A DNA stretch of 60,572 nucleotides, filler included, from Sphacelaria rigidula (GCA_964200075.2; 10 parts of 10 records of this genome joined end to end with filler, not necessarily neighbours in it), one strand, 5' to 3'; shown: positions 37,468 to 50,441, counted from the whole stretch's first letter. A program made the numbers and translations. The notes: generated from the letters alone by a model not told the origin.

Positions 37468-38413
37468 CTGCGTTTTCGTATGTACGGGAAAAAGAAAGAA
37501 AACAGTGTGCTAGTAAGGGGGATAACAACACGCTGACGGCAGGCAAGAAGGAAGGCGGACATCGCTGGGTTCGGTAATTTGAGACTGATGGCAGGCACGA
37601 CCTGTGCTCTCACGAGACTGTCTGCTACTGCGGGTGCAAATATATGAAATGCCTCTTGCCCTATCACCGTACGTCACTGTACGTACGTCACGTTCCTATG
37701 GATGGGGGGAACCTCAACGTTCCCCCGATTTGGGCTTAAACTCGGGGAAAATCGTTCTTGAATCGTGACATCTCGGTTTGAGCTTCCCCGATCTGGCCCA
37801 CATTGAGGGCTGTGAAATGCGTTTCCCGATTTGAGGTCCCCCGATCTGCGTACAGATCGAGATTGGTGTCGCCTCAAGAACTAGTCTTGTGGGACAGGGT
37901 GGCGCCGGAACTACACGCGAATAACTTTGATAGTTTCACGCATGTTGCTGAGCGTACAGAGGCAAAGCGGAACCACGCGCGCAAAATCAGCCCAGAGTAC
38001 ACATCAGACCTGACGTACGTGAAGGGAGTAACACGGTGCGTGGGTTCTGCTGTTTCGATTCACGCTGAACAAAAAGGGAACGCATATTTCCAAGGTCGGT
38101 TTCTATAGGGTATACCCGATAGTAAGGGATATATACTTGACATAGTAAACCATACCGGAACGTGCAGCGAATATTCGAACATCTCCGGTATGTTCGGCAT
38201 GGTATCGATCCTTTTTCCCAACAATCCGGTGCGGTTTGGAAGGGTATTTACCAAAAAATACCTTTTCGGTGCTTCTGTAGGTACTGTACCCTCATCGATT
38301 TTCCTTTTACCCTAACATGGGGTGGAAGCCTGTGACCACGGAAGACGTCCGAGTCAGATGCCCAGTACCAGCACTGCGCAGATACCGGAACGACATTTTA
38401 ATGTAAAGACAAT

Positions 38414-38455
<42 letters not shown>
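38414..38455. repeat. (AAC)n microsatellite
   Basis: Direct observation. Confidence 0.95.
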
Positions 38456-38456
<1 letters not shown>

Positions 38457-39289
38457 TCTATGCCCCACAGAAGCATAACCTTGGATATTTCGGTGTGTAA
38501 ACTAGAAGAAAGTAAAATGCACTTCCTGTGATCATCTTGGCTTTGGGAGGTTCTAATAGAATCCAAATACCCCTATCCCCAGGGAGGCCGCCCCTCCGCC
38601 CCCCCCCGACCGAATATATGTTGGACTGGTAGACCGGCGATGTTAACATTCCGGAAGGCAGTCTTGCGCGCAAGAGCGCTAAACCGAGGCTTGAGTGAAC
38701 TAGAAACACTCGTGGTACATGTACACGTGGAAGTTTGGTGTCTTGCTTCCGCAGGGCTTTTGTGGTAAGACCATCGTCGAAAAAGATGGGCCGCAATCTA
38801 CTCCCATGGCCTTGTTGTATTTTGTTTCGTTTCACGTATGGGTGCGCATGTTTTTTATTCAAACCCTCAATGCCCGCGCCCCGCCTGTTTTTCAGCGAGC
38901 ATTTCCATTTTGTTTACCTTAGGTATTGCTGTACGTCTATCCTATCACCACGGTTGGGTCCGTCGGGGGTTAGTCAATGTACGACAATCAATTGAATCGA
39001 AAGATCATCGAGACGCATACTGTGAACGAGAAGGAGGGGGGGGGGAATGTCCTCCCCGCTAATTCTAGCCGGCGATAAGGGTCAACCCTACAGTTCAAGC
39101 CTCTCGCTGAAACAGCAAAGATACACTCAAAGTGAGGCACGTAGGCGTGGGGTGTAGTATTGCGCCTGTTAATCCCTCGGCCGCGAGAGTAGTCCATCTG
39201 GATCACGCATACTTTTTTCAAGTAAAATTGAAGCAGACTTGACAGATGGCCGGTGCTCGCCGCCAAGGGGTTGGAAGAGCGCAATTGTT

Positions 39290-40967
39290 CACACCCTGGA
39301 CAATACAATATGTTTGCCATAAACATCAGTCGATCACGTTGAAATGTTGCGATATTTTGCCGGCGTAATATATGTTGGTACCCTTGAACTGCACACGTGT
39401 TGCGTGCCCCATATATATATATATTGATACGGTGGGAGTGCACACATATTGTCTTACCAAGTTATATTGGGGGTAGTGTCGGCGACGACATATTGCACGA
39501 CCAATATATATATTAGGGTCGCATTGGTGAGCACATATTGACCGGTCAATATATACTGGGGCCGTGTTGGTGCGGATGTATTGACCGGTCAATATATGTT
39601 GGATATTACAAGGATGGTGTGCGCTTTGAGAAAGATCCAGACCCGATGCATGCGGAGCCCGTGCAGATTGAAATAAGCTTTAAAGGAAGCCGCAGAAGTT
39701 CGCAAGCATTGCTACGGAGAGTTGTCGAATACGTTTGATACACGTATATATGTATATATATATACTGGCCGAAAAATATGATGACATAAGAGGTGATCCG
39801 GTATATATGCCTTCTGATACCTATCTGGCCACCAGTACGGGACCGCCCACCCCCTTTACAGTATGTAATATATCTTGGCCAAACAGTGCGACAGCAGAAA
39901 ACGCGGCTCGATATGCGTCTTTTGGTACCTCTCTGGTTACCGGTGCTGTGTTGCTTACACCCTGGACAACACAATATGTTCCAATGTGATACCAATACTT
40001 TGTACTGGAGACAGCGCAATTATTGCCCCTTCAATATATTTTGTGTTGAGATATCCTCGGAGACATTGAAGCAACACCATATTTTTCTCGTGTCATGATC
40101 GTGAAGAAATGCATGGAAATATATATATATATATTGGATATGAATTTGCTTCGGGAACAAAACGTTCAACATATATTGTGCATGCCGGCCGTGCATGTAT
40201 TGAGTTGTCAGTATATATACTGAGTCGAAGCGATGCGTAAACTATTGTTACCATAATATATGTTGAACGCAAACCATGCAAAATTATTGTTTTCCCTATA
40301 TATATTGCGCACGCTCATCACCTGGCTATTTTTGTGCAGCCAAAATATATTGAACACGCCCGCGGAGGAATATATTGCGCATTTTTGGCATCTGGTGATA
40401 CATCTTTCAATGGCGCCCGCGAACATACAACTGCTCACAAACACTAATTCCTTAACACTTTCCAATACAATACACATGTTGAATCATCAAGATATATATA
40501 TATATATATATATTGCTACATCAATATCTGTAGTCTTGTGACCGTCGGTTCCCTCGTGTATTGTCCGCCCAATATGTATTGGACGCAGTGATGCACGATA
40601 TACTGGGGAGGCAATATATAGGGGCGCTTCGGGTATTGAGTATCTTGAATCGTCAATACATATTGACCTCGGGTGACAGCCAATATACGTATTTCTCGAC
40701 AAATACGTATTGGGGCCTTATTACTGCACCGTCATATTACTCGGCCAATATATATTGAGGTCGCGCGTGTCGTGATATATGGTTCGGTCGATATATATTT
40801 CATGTCGCGAGGCTTGACATATTGATGGCACAATATATCTCGACCTGTTTGTCGCGCCATCATATTGCTTGCTCAATGTACAGTATATTGACCACCCGAC
40901 GTGTCGACATATATTTGAGCGGGCAATATATTCTTCGAAGTATTACAACTATATTGCCCAGGGTGTG
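39290..40967. mobile_element. 1.68-kb non-autonomous DNA transposon, CACACCCTGG-TIR family
   Basis: TIRs CACACCCTGGACAATA / TATTGCCCAGGGTGTG. Perfect 8-bp TSD CAATTGTT. Many ATATATTG/CAATATAT motifs. Confidence 0.9.
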
Positions 40968-42371
40968 CAATTGTTAATTGTTACACGAGTACAGTGTATG
41001 TGCCTGTGGAGGACTCGAGGAAACTGAACACCCGTGTCGAGTATGACAGTGCGGCTGCCCCCCATCGCCCCATCGCCCCCCTCCCCCGGAAACAAGCCTG
41101 GCTCTGTCTTCTTGTCTAAGTTTATTCTTCCATTTTTTCTTTTCTTCTATTCTTCTCCTTTTTTTCTGATCACGAGCTGGAGCGTTGCAAACAGCTACGT
41201 AATGCGAGATAATCATCTTGTTTGTGTTTGTATGTGTTTGCGTGTGTTTGTTGTTATTGTTGTTATTGCTGTGATTGTTGTTGTTTGTTGTTGTTGTTGG
41301 TGGTGGTGGTGGTGTTGTCGTTGCTTCATTTCTCCTTTCTTTTCTCTGGCTGTTGCTTCTGTCTTCTTATGTTTCTTTCCTTATTTTCTTCTTTATTCTG
41401 TTTTTTTTCTGCTCCTGACCACGGGCTGAATTATTGCAATCAGCTAATGTGAGAAATTAATCAATCACTCAATCAATCAACAGTACGGCAGTACTTTGTA
41501 CCATGAAGTCGCGGAAACACGGGAACATAGACAAGGGCTTCGGGGGCTCGCCGGGGTGCGCAGATCGTCCTTCGTACGCGCTTGATCTCGACAACAGCGT
41601 GCGTGGTACAAAGCAGTACAACAATGCAGTGCTGACGGGGACCGTTGTGTCATCTGCGCGTTACAGCATAAAGACACATGCGGTTGGACTCTACTTGAAC
41701 CTCGCATAAACACCGCGACTTGAATGAAGATGTCACCATGCATCGCAGTTTTTGATCTTCGTTTTTTTGTTGCTGCCGCACGATTGCTTCTGTGTTCCGT
41801 GAAAACTTCGCATCCGCATTGTTCCGCCGTTTTCACGCGCTTAAACTTGAAACCTGACAAAGCACCCCAGCTGAAGTTGAAATCTATCGCCCAGTATGCG
41901 GGCTGCTTCTAACTTAAAAAAACGCCACGATTCGGCAATAGCGCAGTGCTTGTTGTCAGCCTATGCTTTCGCAGTAGGAGACTCCAAGGCCTGAGCATGG
42001 TGTAAAATGTACGATGCTCTACTCACGTATACCCCATCCGGGTTGCCCAGACACGGTGCAGTCACTGTAGATTGAAGTGTAAATGTAAATAAAACTATAA
42101 TAGTAGATGACACAACCGCGCGATGCGTACTGCACTACTTCAGTTATGTTTGGTAATATCACAATAAACCCCTTCAGTTTAGACCCACTTTTATGGCAAG
42201 CACGAATCTTGATTTTTTCAAAATCGGGGGAAAAAAAATCGGGGAACGCATCTTATGGACACCGTTTTGGGCCACATCGGGGCCGAAAAAATCGAGGGGT
42301 CACGATCTCGGAACGGCTTTCCCCGATTTTTTGGGAAAAATCGGGGAAAACCGTTCCGAGATCGTGACTCC

Positions 42372-42471
42372 NNNNNNNNNNNNNNNNNNNNNNNNNNNNN
42401 NNNNNNNNNNNNNNNTTAATTAATTAANNNNNNNNNNNNNNNNNNNNNNNNNNNNNNNNNNNNNNNNNNNN
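42372..42471. other. Artificial contig linker
   Basis: 44 N + TTAATTAATTAA + 44 N. Confidence 0.98.
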
Positions 42472-42630
42472 ATATATATTGCATGTCGCGAGCCTTGATA
42501 TATTGATGGCACAATATATATTGACCCTCTCTCGTGTCATCATATTGCTCGCCCAATATATATTGACCACCCGACGCCTCGATATATTGAGCGGGCAATA
42601 TATACTACATATTGTATTGTCCAGGGTGTG
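42472..42630. mobile_element. Right end of another long CACACCCTGG-TIR element
   Basis: Homologous to 40790-40967, ends TATTGTCCAGGGTGTG. Confidence 0.85.
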
Positions 42631-44099
42631 GAAACGAGTGAAAAAAGACGCAGCTGGGTGAGCAATAATTAAAGTCAAGGAAGAAGAGGAGACTAGACCA
42701 AAAATGATAGTTCCTGCGTCGAACATGTGTTCAGCCAGGAAGTCAAACACTGAGCAACTTCATGAACAGAAACGAAACCTGACTTTCCCAGATATATGTC
42801 TCGAACCTGCTGTCCTTTTTTCCTCTTTTGAGACCCACGTGACAAGACTATAGCTAAAAAATGACACTCGGGACAACGAGGGAACCTGCGGCGCAAAATA
42901 CTGTTCGGAAGTCGGGTGACATCCCCTTGTTCCAGCAATTGTAACGCATGCAGCATCTTCTCGGAACACTTTTACAACTTCAATCGCACGGGATACTGTA
43001 TCGTGGTGAGAGAGGTTCTCCGGCATGTTCGGATGCGCAGGGGCCACGTGAACAAGCATGTCAACCCTCCGGGGGTTCGTCGACAACAACGAAGTCAACC
43101 TAGAGTAGATCAACTAACCGCCACTACAGCATGCGCTGCAGCAGCACCCAAATTTCGAAGCTTGTACCCACATCTTGCGAACGGCGACGAACAAGCCCAG
43201 GTGAAGCGGGCAAAAGGTTCGTCATGTTAAAGGCTTCCAACGCAAGTGTTTCTGCGGGCTGCTCCTGGAACTCGGGGTTTGGATGAATCACTAGGAGCGC
43301 TTCACTTGCTCGTTGGGGTATCAGACGTACAGTATTTTCCCACTGAATCAGGACATGTTTGTAATGTTTTCGTAGTCAGCGATATTCGAACATTTTTTCG
43401 CGTGCCACCGCTTATCCCAGTGAACGTTTGATGCTGAAATTTGGGAATCGAGAAATGCCAGCAATCCGCTCCGCGTTTTGAAACAAAAATCATCTCTGCA
43501 CTCAACATCGGACGAGCTACGGGCTGAATAGGACAGGGAGTGTTAGTGGCCATTTTTGGTCCAAACACACATTTCTTTTCGGCTCTAACGCAAGGGTCTT
43601 TAACTTTGCTTAGGCCGCTTTTTACGTGAAATAATTACAATAGATTGGAACACTTTCAAACGTTGGACGGATCAGCTCGTGACAGATCCGGGTCAGCTCA
43701 TTTGGCGCATAGATAATGATTCGTCCGAGGTGAGCTGTCACCCGTGCACGTTTGTCCGATGCTGATCCGTAGGACCCACTTGAACCGTACATATTTGCCG
43801 AGCGACGAGCTGTACGACCTGCTTCACACACACACACACTTTCGTGTACAACTGATCTGCACACCTGTGGCATCTGTACAACATCACATAGTTGCAATTT
43901 ATATCACTCGGGTCAGGCAAGCGCAGTAGCTCGTCGTCGACCCGCGCGATTTGAATATCATGTACACCAAAAGCTACCCCTTATCTGCGGAATCCGAATC
44001 TAGCATACAAGAAACCCTTTCTCGCAGCCGTAAGATCCGGATCAAGTATGCAAGATCCAGATCAAGTATGCGAGAAAACAGAATTCAGCTTCCTCACCT

Positions 44100-44550
44100 G
44101 TTGACCTGTATGGCTCGGGTACCATGCACAAGTCTGGCCCCGGCACACGGAACATGAAGTACGTATATTTCATTCCAAGTGGTTCCACGGTAGGGGCGCA
44201 TATCTTTTCCGAGGATGTGCACTGTCGGCGCATCCGAATGAAGCATGTGATGAACAGTATTCACTTTTCATCACCTGCTAACCTGGCCCGCGTAAATTGT
44301 GCGCATGTTCCCACGTCCTTATGTTGGCTGTAGCAACCCGGGCATATGGAACATGAAGTACGTATATTTCATTCCAAGTGGTTCCACGGTAGGGGCGCAT
44401 ATATTTTCCGAAGATGTGCACTGTCGGCGCATCCGAATCAAGTATACAATAAACAGTACTCCGTATTCAGTATTCCCACCTGCCAACCCGTATGGCCCTG
44501 GTACAATATGCGTATTCACAAGTCCCTATGTTGACTGTTGACTGTAGCAG
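44100..44550. repeat. ~199-bp tandem duplication
   Basis: GGAACATGAAGTACGTATATTTCATTCCAAGTGG at 44149 and 44348. Confidence 0.9.
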
Positions 44551-44778
44551 ATACACGAAGTATATTTTTGGCGCTTATTCCAACATGCTTCATAATCGAC
44601 GTGTGCATTGCCGGCGTTGAAGCACGGGTATCCTCCGCAAGCCTGCTCGACGACCAGCCGTATGACCTTCGCGATCTCAAATTAATCTGTATCCGTATGA
44701 CTCGTTTAATCAATATACATACCTCGTGTGTTAACCCATGGAACCCGGTTGCTCTGCACACATTGCGCGATGACTGTT

Positions 44779-44918
44779 CTGTATGACCTGTGTGATTCGT
44801 TCATATATGTCTGATGATGATCTGTACGACCCGTGTGATTCGTACATATCTGTCTGATGATGATCTGTATGACCCGTGTAATTCGTGGATATCTGTCTGA
44901 TGATGATCTGTATGACCC
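44779..44918. repeat. 43-bp minisatellite, three units plus a partial
   Basis: Units start at 44779, 44822, 44865 and 44908 (CTGTATGACCCGTGTGATTCGTACATATCTGTCTGATGATGAT). Confidence 0.9.
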
Positions 44919-46961
44919 AAGTATCCGTACATCACCTCCTTGAGCACACCTATGTAATCCGAATCAGGTGTAGACTAAACGCCAAGAAGAACCTGTGTAC
45001 CCTTAAAACCCGTACAAGATACGTCCCTCTTGATCGATGATATCCGAAACAAGAGGACCGTTCCGTAGCTAGTTGCACTGTATTATCCGAATCGGGAACA
45101 CTGGTGTGTTTACACTCGAGCTGTATGACCTGCGTCCTGTGAAAAGTGATCCGTCCGACGTGTGAAAGCGTTGTTGTTGGAGCTTCTGCATCGTTTTACG
45201 CTCTGAAAAGAGAGCTAGGAAGATTCGAAAGGTTGGAATGCCATGCTATACTCGTTAAAACAGTTCGAGCACACCTGTGCGATTTTCCGGTGGCCGCAGG
45301 CTTTTCTTGACCAACCTTGCATTTATCTCGGAGACCGGTCGAGTCCATCAAAGGTTGCCAAGTTTTTGGGGACTTGACCGTTCTCTGAGAAAAGTGGGAG
45401 ATCTCCAAGAAAAATGCAAGTTTGGCCAAGAAAACAACTACGGCCATCAGAAAAGCGCATACGTGTGTTGCAACCGCCTCAACGAGTACAGCGTGGCATT
45501 CCTTGGTGTGAAAATCTGCCTAGCTCTCTTTCACGGCGTAAAACGACGCAGAAGACTCAACAAGATAGTTTTCCATATGCTTATATTTGTTATCCATAAG
45601 AAACGGCCTTGGATTTGTTCACGAGAACGTTCGAGATTGCCTCAATCGAGCAAAAATACCCCAAGATCAAAACTAGCGGCCGGGGTAGTCGCAGGACCCT
45701 CGAAAACCGGCCAGCTTGTAAATCGTCGAATATTTAGTGCAAAAAGGATTCTGGTTCGGAGTGTGGAGCGGATGCATAGAACCTCCCGATTCCCAAACGT
45801 TGAGATTAAACGTTCACTGGAATGAGCTGTGCTACGCGAATAAACGATAGAAAATCGCCACCTACAGAAAAACTACGGAAATTACCTGCCTCGGCCGGAA
45901 TTCGATATACACCTTGAGATACGAAGCCGCAATAACAAATGGCACCACACGCGCCGTCATTGATCATGTGTACATCCCACACCGTGTCTTCACACGCAGC
46001 GTTTGGCTTCGGAACACGGCACAGTTACGCAAAATAAAAGCTAGAAAAACTGCCCAGTAACGTTTCCCACAAACACAGCTACTACAGAAAAATGCGCCGA
46101 AGCGTGTCCTAACATCGGCATACGAGACATTCGCTGGGTGCTGGTGATCACGCGGGTAAACATGTGGCGACCCTCTGGCTGCCACTGCCGGTTCACTACA
46201 AATCACCGGGTTGGATTTTATGTCGCCGCCTTCATCTCAGGGGGCGGTTGGGGTAGTTGTACTTATGATGCATGCCGTATGAACGGATGCTAGGAAGCAT
46301 GCACATATGATTCATTCACCATATGAATCAAAGATGGACACAATGTACCCTCGGCACTGTACCGCATGAATGACACGCTGGGATATGTACGTTCCACATT
46401 GTGTCGCATGAATCACGAGCCCAAAACATGCACAAATCGCAATTTGTGTGTACAAATCGTATGATGAATTCGTGCAAGAGTTTATGGTACGAGTCACGAT
46501 TTTATTCGTCCGTTCGTGGGACAGGTATTAGAAACTCCTCCGAAAATTACCGCATCTGGAGTAGTACCTGGAGTCTAACCCTTTTCTTTCCACCCGGACC
46601 CTACGGTTCTACATGTACCACTTCAACAACCGGGGGGCGATAAAAATATGGCTCGACCAATAAAATATAGAGTCAATGAAACAACTGCCCAGCTGCAACA
46701 TGGGATTTGTTTTTTCTATTTTTCGGGGGAATTTTTTCACAAAATGTTGCGTTTCCCCTCTCCTTCCACCCCAGGATTCCCGTCGGTTGGCACCGGCGGT
46801 GCAAAGCACGTCACTCACCGCGTAAGCTAGGCAACCATGTCACCGTTTTTTAATGCTTGCATTCTTCTTGTGGTAACCGTGATGGTGGTCGAGCGAGATC
46901 ATATTGGGCGGATTGGAGAACCTCAACTCCTTGCTGAGGGTATCATCATACTGCGCAGTGT

Positions 46962-47285
46962 TTAAATGGTGAGACACGCATGAGGCAGTGTGCACCCGTG
47001 ACTGCCTGAAAGTGGCGATACCAGAAAATAAAGCAACTCAATTGTAGGCTGTCATCCATACGCGAGATGCTGTAGTACACTTCGGGCTGACAAATGGTAG
47101 CAGGATGCAGCTAACACTTTATGCGACTCGCCGAACACATGACGGTGCTTCGCGCTTGGTGATTGATTGCGAGCCTGGTCCGGCGAAAACCCGGCGTGTT
47201 CTGTCCCAGCTTTGCAGGGATGCGTGGTCAATGGCCATATGACTTCGGCATACAAGATCATGACTACCCCGCCCCTACTCCCACC
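46962..47285 (-). mobile_element. Family A repeat
   Basis: Reverse complement of 4750-5050. Confidence 0.8.
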
Positions 47286-47993
47286 GCCAAAAATGACCTT
47301 CGCTGCTACCGGCGGAGCTCAACGTCGACATCACGAGAGTCGCACATCAAGTCGTTTTTCGAAAGATATGGCAAAATAGACCTTTGAAAAATTGTCTTGC
47401 ACGGAATATACACACCAGCACTATGGTACAGAGCAGGAGCAACAGGGCACAGAACCTTGCTGACAACGGGGGCTGGATTTTTTCACGTTCGGAAAGTGGC
47501 ATGAAAGTGAGGAAAGCATCAACACTACATCCCAAGCATTCGTCAGCGAGCTGTTACTGACGAAGATAAATCACACACGGCAGGCTCGACCAATACCGTA
47601 AAGCATCGGGGGACGCACGAGGTTGCCTCGTAAAATAGTATGCGTCATCCGCTCGCTCCATGTTGTGTTGACAACGTGAACATGAGAAGTGTGCGGGCAC
47701 ATGCCTCGTATGCCCCCTGCAGAGTGAACAAAATCGGGGAACTTTCTCGGCCACACGCGTAGCCGTAACAAACAGGACTGCGGTTCATGGTCAGGGTGGT
47801 GCCGATTGCAGCTTCAAATAATAGGGCCGCCCCGCAGATGCCCTTGCAGGGTCTCTGTCGTGCTTCGTGATGGCATGGTTACCAACACCAATATAGGACA
47901 CGGGAAGACACCTCACTTAGCTTCCCCGCCTGGTCCACAACTCATGAAGACTGCACATTGCTCCGGTCAAGCATGTGTCAAGGAAGCACTCAC

Positions 47994-48065
47994 CCGCGAG
48001 CTGGTTGTAGCCCACTCGTAGCTCCTGCAGCGCTGTTAGCTCGCCCAGGTCCGGGGGTAGTTGGC
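47994..48065 (-). CDS. Single leucine-rich-repeat exon (72 nt, phase 1/1)
   Basis: AAGCAG acceptor, GTGAGT donor. Encodes GQLPPDLGELTALQELRVGYNQLA(G), a 24-aa plant-specific-type LRR. Not in the supplied ORF track. Confidence 0.9.
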
Positions 48066-48304
48066 CTGCTTATCACACAACCGAGCGACCGATAATTTTC
48101 GCCACGATTTTTACACAACAAACGGGTGAACCATGGAGTAGAGACTACGTCGTGGGTGTACGCCGCGACTGATTGGCAGTAGCTGCACATGTTTAATTTC
48201 TGTCCGTAAGACCGAAGTTGGTAGGTCACTTTTGTCTTTGGGGGGAACAAACGCCGAAAACGTTTCGAGAGACGAATACAAACTTGGCGCGTGCGTGCGT
48301 GGGG

Positions 48305-48438
48305 GAAGGGGAGGGGACGAGGGGGGGGGGTGTACTCATGATCATGCATGCCATAGCCATAAGATCATTGACCTCGCATCCCTACAAAGCCGGGACGGAG
48401 CACGCCGGGTTTTCGCCGGACCAGGCTCGCCCTCGATC
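48305..48438 (+). mobile_element. Family A repeat, 5' part, cut by contig end
   Basis: G-run + GTGTACTCATGATCATGCATGCC...CCGGACCAGGCTC. Confidence 0.8.
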
Positions 48439-48538
48439 NNNNNNNNNNNNNNNNNNNNNNNNNNNNNNNNNNNNNNNNNNNNTTAATTAATTAANNNNNN
48501 NNNNNNNNNNNNNNNNNNNNNNNNNNNNNNNNNNNNNN
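48439..48538. other. Artificial contig linker
   Basis: 44 N + TTAATTAATTAA + 44 N. Confidence 0.98.
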
Positions 48539-49157
48539 TTCTCTTGGCCGAATTCTGGATTTTTTCAGTTGACTGAAAAATCCAGAATCCGGCCAAGAGA
48601 AAAACTGGGAGTACGAAATATCGGACAAGCGTGCTGGAATCCTCGTGAAAAATAGGGGAAATCTTTCCGAGGAGACGAAATCCGCCAAGGCCCGTATTCC
48701 GCCAATAATTCGTGATGAAAGGTTCAAAAGGGCAGTTTTCAGACAGGTCTTTTTTCAGTCTATGAGAAGCGGCCTGACGAGAAAAGAAGAGAAGCGGAGG
48801 GAAGCCTTGACTGGACTGGGGTCGGAGGAAATTGAATTTTTTTTTTTGCTTGCGGGTACTGCCACGATAGGGGTGCAATTTTCAGCCCAAAAGTTTCCTG
48901 AGGCTGCACACCAAGACCCAAATATTTGTAGTCGAGAGGATCCTACAGCAAAGAGTATAGGAAAAGAAAAAAGTACACCTCTACCGTCTCATTGCTCTTG
49001 CGTGCCTGCCTGCCTGCCCAGCAGTTGCTTTGAGTGAGGAAAGTTGAGTCATTGCTGGTGTCTAGACCTCCCACATCCTGCAGGCAGCAACTGACACATG
49101 CACACGCACACACGCGCACCGGAGATGCTCTCTAAATCCCCGAAACATGCACCCTTT

Positions 49158-49411
49158 CAAGGGTCGAACGAATAATGGTTCGTTCGAAAACGACTTGATT
49201 TCAGTCTGATTGATTCGTAAGCTACGAATCAATCCTTGGGCTTTGCTTTCAGCGTTGCAACCCAGATCCGCGCACCCCAGGCACGCCGAACAAAATTTTG
49301 CGCTGAGGCTTCGTCTTACCCGTGGTCAGCTTTTTTATCTCTTGCGAGAAATTATGTATCAAGAATCGTAGATTTGGTGATTAGAATCGGCGATGATTCT
49401 TCCGACCCTTG
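49158..49411. mobile_element. Family B MITE
   Basis: CAAGGGTCGAACGAAT / ATTCTTCCGACCCTTG. Homologous to 54837-55095. No TSD visible. Confidence 0.75.
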
Positions 49412-49429
49412 TGTCATTCATCCCACCAG

Positions 49430-50441
49430 GCGCAGCAGTCTGAGCAGCGCGAGCGTTGGCTCTCGTTCCTTCGGCGATTGCTTCGACAGCGCGGCGGGCA
49501 CGCTACACAACAACCCGCATACGCCCGAATCAGCGAGCACAAATGCCGTCCCCGACGACGACCATGCGGACAAGCACGACCAACGGCTCTCGAGCCCGCT
49601 CACCCCCGTGGGGTCCATGGCGAGCAGCTCGTTCTTTTCCGTGTCTACGCCGCAGAACCACTACTGGATGCGCCCCGGGGACGACCCCAACGCCGGGCAG
49701 GCGGACCGTGCCTCTCTGGTGGCGGAAGTCAACACGACGCAGCGGTACTCAACAGGCTACGCCAGGGCGGGCTCCCGCCGAAGAGTGGGCACACGCCGCC
49801 CTAGTAGCTGTCCTGTAGAAAACGCCGGCGGCGGAGCAGGTGAGACAGAAGTGGTAGGCACGGCGGTGACGGCGGCGACTGCGGAGACCGCAGGTATGAC
49901 GAGGAATAGAGTTCAGGTTCCTCACGGGAATATACAATTGGAGATACTTCGCTCGGACGGCGCGGCACCAAGTTTTACCGCCGACGGTGGTGTTGAGACG
50001 GCGGGTGGGGGAGTGAGAGCGCGAGATACGGCGGGATCCGCCGTCGCCGCCGTTTCTACCCCCGATATTGCCATGGCGGTCGATGCTTCGACGACCGGGA
50101 GTGCTGGCCGAGGGGAACGACAGGCAGTGACGAGAGAAGGGGCGATGGGAGACGGTGATGCCGGTAATACGATGGCGGCGGCGGAGGCGGGTTCAGAACA
50201 TCGGGATTATAAGGACCCACAGGGACGCGGTATGAACGGCGTTGATGTTGCGGACACGGACGTGACAAGGGAAAGGGGACGCCAGGCAGGGCAAGCGGGG
50301 GATGGAAATGAGGAGAGTGTTATGCAGTGTAGGGGGGTGGATCCGTGCAGCGCCTTCGTGGCCGAAGCTGCTGCGGCCGGGTCTGGTGCTGCTGCCGCTA
50401 CGCAGGGCGGCGGTACGGTCCCTGAACACATGGCGACATCG
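49430..50441 (+). CDS. Large internal exon of a low-complexity protein of unknown function
   Basis: CCACCAG acceptor, TCG|GTGAGT donor, open frame, A/G/S/T/D-rich. Confidence 0.8.

Noticed and set aside
44779..44918. Possible CRISPR array
   Set aside because: Units are contiguous tandem repeats with no unique spacers and no cas genes.
46895..46945. LGGLENLNSLL as a second LRR exon
   Set aside because: Opposite strand to the real LRR exon, and it lacks 72-nt splice boundaries and the NxLxG motif.
47300..47760. RRM-like ESHIKSFFERYGKI (+) and Cys-rich FCSLC...CSRC (-) snippets
   Set aside because: Too short, on opposite strands and without supporting splice sites or flanking domains.
18204..48438. 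Functional cluster of importin, ankyrin, adenylate kinase and LRR genes
   Set aside because: Each lies on a different contig, adjacent only because of similar contig length.
49236..49429. 5' part of the 435-aa ORF
   Set aside because: Lies mostly within a MITE upstream of a clear splice acceptor, so probably intronic.
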